The notes below the pieces were generated by a model. It searched no databases, was not told where the DNA came from, and saw only the letters and a program-made list of their open reading frames with translations. Below, piece by piece: positions 12,971 to 21,500 of a stretch of DNA of 26,593 nucleotides (position 1 is its first letter; the number at the start of each line of letters is the position of its first letter). This DNA comes from a virus (taxonomy: Duplodnaviria > Caudoviricetes): positions 1-26,593 of IMG/VR virus record IMGVR_UViG_3300020733_000063; one strand, given 5' to 3'. The position numbers were made by a program, and so were the translations under genes.

Positions 12971-14878
12971 ATGGCAACAACACCAAGGCAAGGGTTCGGA
13001 AAGGGCGAAGACCACTTCAAGGTTAAAGCACTGGCTGAATCTAAAGCAAAGGTGATTGAGGCTGTTGGCTCAGGAGCCACCACCCACCAAGCAATGGATT
13101 TAGTCGGAAAGAAGCATGAAACCCTTCGGGTCTGGATGTCGCGTGACTCCGAGTTTGCTGCAGCTTTAGCGGAGGCAAAGGAGCGAGGCGAGGCAATTAC
13201 ATTGCCGAGTGGACAGACGTCTAAGACGGACATTAGCTTTGCTGACTTTTCAAAAATTTTTCTTAACCAGACAGTATTCCCCCATCACCAAAACTGGATC
13301 GATCTGCTAGAAGGCAAAGACCCTTCCTACAAGCATCCAGCCATGACGTATGAGCCGGGTCACAAGAACCGCCTATTGGCTAACGTTCCTCCGGAACACG
13401 CCAAGTCAACGGTGGTCACGGTTAACTACCCAACCTACAGAATTTGCATGGACCCCAATGTTCGTATCATTGTGGTATCCAAGACAATTACAAAGGCGAG
13501 AGAATTCGTCTACTCCATCAAGAACCGCCTGAGTCATCCTCGGTGGTTAAAGATGCAGAACACCTATGGACCTGCTGGCGGCTGGAAAGAAGACGCCGAG
13601 ACATGGCGTACTGACACTGTGTATCTGGGTACCGAGTCTCGTGACTCATCAGAAAAAGACCCGACGATACAGGCACTTGGTATGGGCGGACAGATTTACG
13701 GATCCCGTGCGGATCTGATCATCCTCGATGACTGCATTACCACTTCCAACGCCCATGAATGGGAGAAGCAACTCAACTGGCTTCAGAAGGAAGTTATCAC
13801 CCGTCTGGGTAAGAACGGTAAGCTCCTCATCGTAGGTACTCGTATTTCGGCTATTGATCTCTACCGAGAGATCCGTAACCCAGAGCACTGGTCTGGCGGA
13901 AAGTCACCTTTCTCCTACCTTGCTATGCCAGCCCTTCTAGAGGCTGCCGATGATCCTAAAGACTGGGTAACTCTTTGGCCTAAGTCAGATGTACCGTGGG
14001 ACGGAGACGAAGATGAGCTTCCGGACGAGAATGGCCTCTTTCCTAAATGGGACGGACCAACCTTATTCCAGCGTCGAAGTGAAGTTACGCCTAGTACATG
14101 GGCTCTCGTCTATCAGCAAGAGGACATCCAAGAAGACGCAATCTTCAGTCCAGCCGTGGTTTCGGGATCAACAAATGGGGCTAGAAGAGTCGGATCTCTA
14201 AAGCCCGGCGCGGTAGGACATCCTAAGTCTGCTGAGGGATACACGATTATTGGTCTTGACCCAGCTATCGCTGGTAAGACAGCGCTGGTTGCGATTACTT
14301 ACAACCGAGCAGATGGAAAGATCTATGTCCTCGACTGTCTTAACATGGCAGATGCGTCTTACCAAAAGATCAACGCAGCCATCAAAGTCTTCACAGAAAA
14401 ATATAGACCTCAAGAATTTCGTGTCGAAATCAACGCTTTCCAGAAAGCTTTTGAACTCGATGACGAACTTAGACAATGGTTGGCTGGAAGAGGCGTGCGG
14501 TTATCCTCACACTTCACCGGCAAGAATAAATGGGATACCAACTTTGGTGTGGCGTCCATGTCTCCATTGTTTGGTACGCTCCGCGACGGAAAGCATCTAA
14601 ACAACAATCTTATAGAGCTGCCATCGACCGAAGGGTCGGAAGGCATGAAGGCTCTGGTACAGCAACTGATTACTTGGAAGCCTGATACGAAGTCCCCTAC
14701 GGACTGCGTGATGGCTCTCTGGTTCGCTGTCATCCGTGCTCGTGAGTTAATCCAAAATGGTACTCGCGTCACTCCATACTTGAACAATCGCTGGGCTACT
14801 AAGGCTCAGATGGAATCTCGTCATTCGATCAACCTCGAAGATGCCTTTGCCTCTCAGTGGCAAGAGCAATACAGCTAA
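12971..14878 (+). CDS. terL: Terminase large subunit with N-terminal HTH extension
   Basis: PPEHAKST (Walker A variant), GSRADLIILDD (Walker B), VGT coupling motif, LYQQ-like LVYQQ, nuclease GLDPA, VEINAFQ, TDCVMALW. Confidence 0.93.
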   Translation: MATTPRQGFGKGEDHFKVKALAESKAKVIEAVGSGATTHQAMDLVGKKHETLRVWMSRDSEFAAALAEAKERGEAITLPSGQTSKTDISFADFSKIFLNQTVFPHHQNWIDLLEGKDPSYKHPAMTYEPGHKNRLLANVPPEHAKSTVVTVNYPTYRICMDPNVRIIVVSKTITKAREFVYSIKNRLSHPRWLKMQNTYGPAGGWKEDAETWRTDTVYLGTESRDSSEKDPTIQALGMGGQIYGSRADLIILDDCITTSNAHEWEKQLNWLQKEVITRLGKNGKLLIVGTRISAIDLYREIRNPEHWSGGKSPFSYLAMPALLEAADDPKDWVTLWPKSDVPWDGDEDELPDENGLFPKWDGPTLFQRRSEVTPSTWALVYQQEDIQEDAIFSPAVVSGSTNGARRVGSLKPGAVGHPKSAEGYTIIGLDPAIAGKTALVAITYNRADGKIYVLDCLNMADASYQKINAAIKVFTEKYRPQEFRVEINAFQKAFELDDELRQWLAGRGVRLSSHFTGKNKWDTNFGVASMSPLFGTLRDGKHLNNNLIELPSTEGSEGMKALVQQLITWKPDTKSPTDCVMALWFAVIRARELIQNGTRVTPYLNNRWATKAQMESRHSINLEDAFASQWQEQYS

Positions 14879-14887
14879 GGAAACATT

Positions 14888-15355
14888 ATGTCAATCGAAC
14901 AACACGACGGCGGTGGAGACAACTTCGAAGGCTTAACTGGTGGTTTACGCAGCGCTGGTGGAGATAATGTTGAATCTTTTTCTAAGCGTAGTTCAGATCT
15001 TCCTAAGTCTCAAAACAAAGCAATCAATAGCCAGACTAAAGCTGCTAGCACTTATGCAACTAAAGATCTTGGCGCTGTTGAGCGCGGTGGTAGAGCAGCT
15101 GAAACCCGCAAGGCAAATGAAACCGCAAGATTAAATAATGCTTACAATGCTGGTCAAAAGACTGGCGCCGTTAAAGGCGCAATAGCCACTGCTGTGGTTG
15201 GTGCTGCAGGTGTCGGTGTAGCTCATGCATTAACACATCATGCTTCTGCTGCAAGTGCAACAACTCCTGCCCCTCGTCAAGCTGGTACAGCTCTTAATAG
15301 TGCATCTCCAAAACCCGGAACCGGCGTCGCTACACGCGGCGTAACTAAGCAGTAA
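14888..15355 (+). CDS. Low-complexity Ala/Gly/Thr-rich hypothetical protein
   Basis: RBS AAGGAAA; hydrophobic stretch GAIATAVVGAAGVGVAHAL. Confidence 0.75.
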   Translation: MSIEQHDGGGDNFEGLTGGLRSAGGDNVESFSKRSSDLPKSQNKAINSQTKAASTYATKDLGAVERGGRAAETRKANETARLNNAYNAGQKTGAVKGAIATAVVGAAGVGVAHALTHHASAASATTPAPRQAGTALNSASPKPGTGVATRGVTKQ

Positions 15356-15363
15356 GGACAAAC

Positions 15364-15621
15364 ATGGCAACCCCAGCTCCTCAAGGACATAGCGCACCGC
15401 TTCCTCAAAAGGGTTCACTCGGTGGACAGCATGCACGTCCAGATTACACAGGGCACGCAGAGACACATCCTCTGCCACATGGTAAGACTTCATCTACCAA
15501 GGGTGGTTTGACATACACCAAGAACGGTAAGGGTCAGGTCATTATGATCACAGATGGTAAAGGTGGAGCTACAGGCACCGCTGATACACCGGGCTTTGGT
15601 ATGGGACGCGGAACCGAATAA
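15364..15621 (+). CDS. Gly/Thr/His-rich hypothetical protein (85 aa)
   Basis: RBS AAGGAC; fills the gap before the portal gene. Confidence 0.75.
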   Translation: MATPAPQGHSAPLPQKGSLGGQHARPDYTGHAETHPLPHGKTSSTKGGLTYTKNGKGQVIMITDGKGGATGTADTPGFGMGRGTE

Positions 15622-15646
15622 TTCAACCAACTTTAAGGACTACTAA

Positions 15647-17422
15647 ATGCTAACCAAGCAACAAGTCATCTCACGTGTGATGGCACTTCGCTATCGCAGC
15701 ACGTCTCGTGACATGCGTAATGGTGATGTGCAGATGGTACGTCAAGGAAAGATCTCACAGGTTTACCCTAACTTCTTTCCAGATGGTATCGACCAAAACG
15801 TCGTAGCCAACTTTATCGATGTAGTGGCACGCGACTTTGCAGAAGTCTTTGCACCACTACCAGCAGTTAACTGTTCTGCTGTCAATCAAACATCAGACCG
15901 TGCCCGCAAGTTTGCGGACACTCGTACACGTATCGCCAGCAACTACTTTGCACATTCTCAAATGGATGTACAGATGTTCAATGGCGCAGACATGTACATC
16001 ACCTATGGTTTCCTCCCGTTCATTATTGAACTGGATGAAGAGGCAAAGCTACCACGCATCCGACTAGAAAATCCAGTAGGGGCATATCCCGAGTTTGATC
16101 GCTACGGACGATGCATAGCCTTTGTTAAGCGTTATTCAATGACGCTCTCTGAGTTAGTCGCTCAATTCCCAGACTATGAACGACAGATCCTTGGACCGGA
16201 CGGGTACAAGCAAGATCTTAATGGCATGATCGAAATGATCCGCTATTACGACAAAGATCAGTCGATGATGTATCTTCCATCACGCACCAATTTCGTCCTC
16301 TCACAGGTTCCAAACCCTATGGGCAAGATGATGGTTATTGTCGCTAAGCGACCAAGCGTTGATGGTGAACTTCGTGGTCAGTTCGACGATGTGCTAGGCA
16401 TTCAGTTGCTACGTAACCGATTTGCTTTGCTTGCTATGGAAGCAGCAGAGAAGTCCGTTCAATCACCAATCGTACTGCCCAACGATGTGCAAGAGCTTCA
16501 GTTGGGTGGCGATGCTGTCATTCGCACAGCTAACCCTCAAGGCGTACGTCGCGTAGAGCTCACGCTGCCTCAAGGAGCATTCAATGAGTCACAATTATTG
16601 AATGAAGAACTCCGCGTAGGAGCGCGTTACCCTGAATCGCGTACCGGAAATGTTAATGCGTCCGTCGTTACAGGCGAGGGCGTCAATGCCCTGCTTGGCG
16701 CATTTGACACCCAAGTGAAGTCTGCTCAAACTATCTTTGCTGCAGCACTTCGTGATGTTCTTTCCCTCTGCTTTGAAGTAGATGAGAAGTTATTCGATGA
16801 GACAAAGACTATCCGTGGTATCGATTCCGGATCTCCTTACTCAGTAACATACACACCTTCCAAGGACATCAAGGGTGATTACTCAGCCGATGTTCGTTAT
16901 GGAATGCTTGCTGGTCTTAACCCAGCACAAGGCCTAGTATTTATGCTTCAAGCACTTGGCGGTAAGTTAATCTCCAAGGATTTGGCTATGCGTGAACTTC
17001 CATTCGGAGTGAACGTAACTCTAGAGCAAGAACGTATCGAGACGGAAGACTTGCGTTCAGCTCTCATTGGCAGTTTGTCTGCCATGACCCAAGCAATCCC
17101 ACAGATGATTACTCAAGGACAGGATCCAACGGATCTAGTCAAGAAGATCGCAGCGGTGATCCAAGCCCGACAAAAGGGCATTCAGATCGAAGACGCTATC
17201 GAAGAGATCTTCGCACCCGAGAATCCTCCTGCTGGGGCTGAACAACAGGTAGAGCAGCCGTCCGTCCCCTCTGCTCCCGGCGCTCCAGCAGAAGGCACTC
17301 CTCTTCCGGGAGGCGCACCGCAAAACGGAGTCCCAGATCTACAGACATTACTTGCTGGCTTAACAGCTGGTGGGCAGCCAACAGGCGGAGTAAGTACAAA
17401 ACAAGTCACACAAGCGCGATAG
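15647..17422 (+). CDS. Portal (head-tail connector) protein
   Basis: 591 aa, downstream of terL; helical, VANFIDVVARD, YITYG, GQFDDV, Pro/Gln-rich C-terminal tail. Called from position and general pattern. Confidence 0.8.
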   Translation: MLTKQQVISRVMALRYRSTSRDMRNGDVQMVRQGKISQVYPNFFPDGIDQNVVANFIDVVARDFAEVFAPLPAVNCSAVNQTSDRARKFADTRTRIASNYFAHSQMDVQMFNGADMYITYGFLPFIIELDEEAKLPRIRLENPVGAYPEFDRYGRCIAFVKRYSMTLSELVAQFPDYERQILGPDGYKQDLNGMIEMIRYYDKDQSMMYLPSRTNFVLSQVPNPMGKMMVIVAKRPSVDGELRGQFDDVLGIQLLRNRFALLAMEAAEKSVQSPIVLPNDVQELQLGGDAVIRTANPQGVRRVELTLPQGAFNESQLLNEELRVGARYPESRTGNVNASVVTGEGVNALLGAFDTQVKSAQTIFAAALRDVLSLCFEVDEKLFDETKTIRGIDSGSPYSVTYTPSKDIKGDYSADVRYGMLAGLNPAQGLVFMLQALGGKLISKDLAMRELPFGVNVTLEQERIETEDLRSALIGSLSAMTQAIPQMITQGQDPTDLVKKIAAVIQARQKGIQIEDAIEEIFAPENPPAGAEQQVEQPSVPSAPGAPAEGTPLPGGAPQNGVPDLQTLLAGLTAGGQPTGGVSTKQVTQAR

Positions 17423-17431
17423 GGACAAGCG

Positions 17432-17968
17432 ATGACAACGATTATCGGCATTGAATACCACGATCGTTCAGTCATTATGGCAGACAACCGCGTCACAGAT
17501 GACGGCGGTAAAGTTTGGCACCATCCCGATATGGTAAAGATCAGCAAGCGTGGAGCATTTATCGTTGCTGGCGCTGGTGAAATCCTCCCATGCGATGTCA
17601 TTCAACACATCTGGGAACCACCACGAGTGCTTGCAAAAGACAAAGAAGACCTTTGGCACTTCATGGTAGTCAAAGTAGTACCTTCAATGCGTAAGTGTTT
17701 GGTTGAAAATGGTTACAACTTTAACGAAGCAGACGCTGGCGATAACCGATTTGGATTTATCGTATCCGTTGCTGGTCATCTCTTTGAACTTGATGACAGT
17801 TTAGGTATGACTCGTCAACTCAATGGCATTTATAGCATTGGATCTGGCGGATCTTACGCTCTTGGCGCTTTAGCAGCGGGTGCTGAACCAGAAGAAGCCA
17901 TGGATATTGCTTCACAACTTACAGCATTTACAGCAGGACCTTACATTACAGAGACTCATTACAAGTAG
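17432..17968 (+). CDS. HslV/proteasome beta-subunit-like Ntn threonine protease
   Basis: Starts MTTIIG (N-terminal Thr nucleophile); ADNRVT, KI, AGAG, SIGSGGSYALGAL, final TAGP. Confidence 0.88.
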   Translation: MTTIIGIEYHDRSVIMADNRVTDDGGKVWHHPDMVKISKRGAFIVAGAGEILPCDVIQHIWEPPRVLAKDKEDLWHFMVVKVVPSMRKCLVENGYNFNEADAGDNRFGFIVSVAGHLFELDDSLGMTRQLNGIYSIGSGGSYALGALAAGAEPEEAMDIASQLTAFTAGPYITETHYK

Positions 17969-17976
17969 GAGGAACA

Positions 17977-18513
17977 ATGGCTAGAGGTGGATACCGTCCA
18001 ACTGCTCCTCAGAACAACTTTGGCGTCTCAGCTTCAGGTGGAAACGGTAATAAGGGCAACTCTCCAGTGATCCGTCAAATGACAACTCAAGCTCCTCGTT
18101 ATATGCCCGGTTTACCACAAGGTCAGGGACGTTCAACCTTTGCTACACAGCAAGCAGCACCACTAGCAGGTAATCCAACACCTGTCCCAGCTATGCCTTC
18201 AGCGGGCGGAGGATTGCCTACAAGCGGTCCGCAGGCTGTTCCGCTATCTGCGCCTACACAACGCCCTAACGAGCCTGTAAACGCTGGTCTTAATGGACAG
18301 CCTTATGTCTCGCAACAGAATCAAGCACAGAACGCTGGCTTAATTCAGACACTTAATCTTCTTGACCAACTTGGTAATAATGCTTCAAACCAAGTCAAGT
18401 CAATCCGCAACGCTTTGCAGGCTCACTTGAGCAATGCTAGTGCTGTAGCACCATCAGCTTCTCAAGGAATCCCGGGCAACGTAGCGCCAACACCACCGAC
18501 ACAACAGGGGTAA
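17977..18513 (+). CDS. Pro/Gln/Gly-rich, probably disordered structural protein
   Basis: RBS AGGAGG; MARGGYRPTAPQNN...PLSAPTQRPNEPV. Confidence 0.8.
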   Translation: MARGGYRPTAPQNNFGVSASGGNGNKGNSPVIRQMTTQAPRYMPGLPQGQGRSTFATQQAAPLAGNPTPVPAMPSAGGGLPTSGPQAVPLSAPTQRPNEPVNAGLNGQPYVSQQNQAQNAGLIQTLNLLDQLGNNASNQVKSIRNALQAHLSNASAVAPSASQGIPGNVAPTPPTQQG

Positions 18514-18516
18514 CAC

Positions 18517-21500
18517 ATGTCTGATGTAACTCCATTGCCTCCGGTATCACCATCAGGTAATCCTTCAGCGGATCTTGTTGGCGATCGTATCAATACTCTT
18601 GCTGCTCTAGGTCACACACAGTGGATGGACCCAATTCTTGCTGCTCACGTAGCCAGCCCTGCTGGTGGTAGCACTCAGAACATGGCTACCAACGCTGACA
18701 CAATGAAGCTAGCAATGATGACAAAGCCTTTAGAAGGCTCTACATTCCTTTCAGATCCTTTGCTTCATGCAGTTGAGACGCCTATTCAGAAGGCTCTATC
18801 ATGGGCTCATAACCAGTATTCACACCCACCTGTAGTTACCTCGAACATCAACGATGTTCAGGCTAGCATGCAGCTTAAAGGTTACGGTATTGACCCTAAT
18901 ACAGGACAACCTTTGGTTAAGGGTAACTGGACTTCATCATGGACAAATGAACTACGCCGTTTAGCGAACGATCAATTCAACGTTCCCGGCTTTGGCAACG
19001 TATCTGCCATGAAGATCATCTCCCCACTTCTCGGAGAAGCTAGCCTAGCTAAGGTAGCGCCTCAGATAGTCGGTTGGGTAGAAAACCTAGGACGTGCTGG
19101 ACGCCAGATTATGGCTGACCAAGCTGGTTCTATTATGAACGATTTCGGCGTAGGCCACGGAAGTTCTCCTGACGAGAACCAAGCAGCCAACGTAGCCCGT
19201 ATCGAAAACGATCTTGGTGGCAATACCACCACAGAACAAGTTATGCAGCAAGGAATGACACGTCGTTCTATCGCTGACATCGGAAACATGTTCCAGTTTG
19301 CATCCGTCATTGACGGTGCACTTGGCGTTTCTGGCGTTGTCAAGAACGTAGCTGGCGGAATGATTAAGGGAAGTGTCCCTGAGGACGCTAACGTTGCTCA
19401 AAAAGTTGCAGCCCTTGTCAAGAAGACTGCTACTGAGCCTCAATCTATGATTACTCGTAGCTTGCCTGAAGAGTTTGCTGCTACTCCACGCTTTGGTTTT
19501 GTTAAGTGGCTTTACAATGCTGCTCCAGATGCTCCTAAAGGCGCTGAAGGTTCCGGTGTATTGAACCTCCTTAACGGAGTTCCCGGTGCTCGCAACCTAT
19601 TACCTTTGATTGCTAAATTGCCTACCGAAGGTAGCAAGTATGCAGTGCTTAAAAACACTATTGCTTCTCTTAGCCGTATCCCTGCTCGCCAAGTTACCAA
19701 CGCATTGGCATCTCAAGGATTCAGCACAGGCATCAAAAGCCTTGCTATCAGCGAAGCTGAAGACAAGCTTAGCGGTGGAACACCCGCTACTTATGATCTA
19801 GCACACCAAGCACCTTACTCAGGCATGCTTGGACAAGCCTTGAATGCAATCAGCATGTCTGCTGGTGGACATTTCATGGGCAATGCTGGCTCTGTTCACG
19901 CAGGTAACTTTATTGAAGGAGCTCTTACTCCTCTCAAGGATAGCCTTGCTACCGCAGGCGTAGGCGATGCTTTCAAGCAAGCCACAGGATTGTCTGTCAA
20001 AGACATGACTGAAGCCTTTGGTCAGACCGAAGCTACCAACATCTACAACGAGTACCTCAATAAAGGCGCTGCTTATCATTACGCTGAGACTCGACTTGCT
20101 CAAGATGTCAAAGATGGCAAGTTTGAAGCAGGCACAGATGACTATTTTAAGGCTGGTCAGAAGTACGCAGAAGATGCATACTCAGAACCTCACATTGCCA
20201 ACTTTGCTCGCAACTCATTTATTGGTCAATCCAATGACATGATCACCCACTTTATGAAGGAAAACTTCGACTACCTTGACAAAAAGGCTACTGGCGAAGT
20301 TCTACCTGAATTCAAGACTGGCAAAGCCGGTAAAGAGAAGTGGATCGCAGCTCGTCAGAAGATTGCCGCTTTGCGTCCAGATCTTGAGACTCTCCTCAAA
20401 GAAGAGAACAAGAAGTTTGTCTTTGGATCCAGCGCTGTAACCAAGGCTGAAGACCTACGCAGCGAGCGCTTAGCCGCTGACATGAACAAGAACCCTACTT
20501 TTGATAACACTGCTAATACCAAGGCTCTCTATCACCTCAATGACAAGGTAGATGACCACGCTCCTGAGACATGGATGCTTAGCGAGAATGGACCTTACGG
20601 TTCTGGTATCAAGGCTACAGATGATACCAATTGGGTAGGCCGTTCTAAGAAGAATACCTACAACCTTACCCATGTGTCTCCTTCGGGAGCACCAGCCAAG
20701 ATCTTAGATCTTAACAAGCGTGGCGAAAGCAATGCCATTGCTGATGCGATCAAAGAAGTTATCGGCAGCAACATGGGTCGTTCAGGTGACATTAACAAGG
20801 CTCTTGATGAGCTAGGTGTTATGGAGCCGGGAGATACTCCCAATACTCTTCGCTACCTTGAAAAGGGCGCTATCCCGGGCAAGGTTGCCAAAGGTTATGA
20901 GCAACTTCGTAAGGCTCTCAAAGATGACTTTAACTATACAGGACAAGAAGTTCTTGATGCTTACCGCACAGCGCTTACAGCTGCTGGCAAGCTTAACAAA
21001 CAACAAGTAGATCAGCGTATCGCTGCAGTAACACGCGATGCGATGAGCAAGACTGAATCCTCTGGTTTCAAGTACATGAACAAGGATGGCAAGACCCTTC
21101 ATGTTATTAAGCCTGAAGCAGCCACTGCTGTCAAGGTACGCGTAGATCCAGCACTTGCCAAAGATAGCTTTATGCCTAGCACTATCTTCCACAATAACGT
21201 TGTGGGACGTGGACAGCTTGGATTTGTTGGTCCGGAATACCAGACTCAACAAGACATCCAGAACGCTGTACGCAAGATGGCTAGCAAATACTCAAAGCTT
21301 GGTCACGACCAAGAAGTAGCTAACATGTTCTCAACTATTGAGATGGAAGCTAGAAATAACGTAGCCCCAGAAGTGGCTCCTCATGCTCTGCAACCTATGC
21401 CTATCGGTGGTAAAGAACATGAAATCTGGAAACAAGGTCAGGCTCTTGCCGAGAAGCTAGGTATGTCTCCTAAGACAGTATCTCTTCTAGAAGATCCAAT

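Noticed and set aside
12853-13233. 126-aa minus-strand ORF as a small terminase
   Set aside because: Antisense to the terL 5' end and leader, with no TerS-like features.
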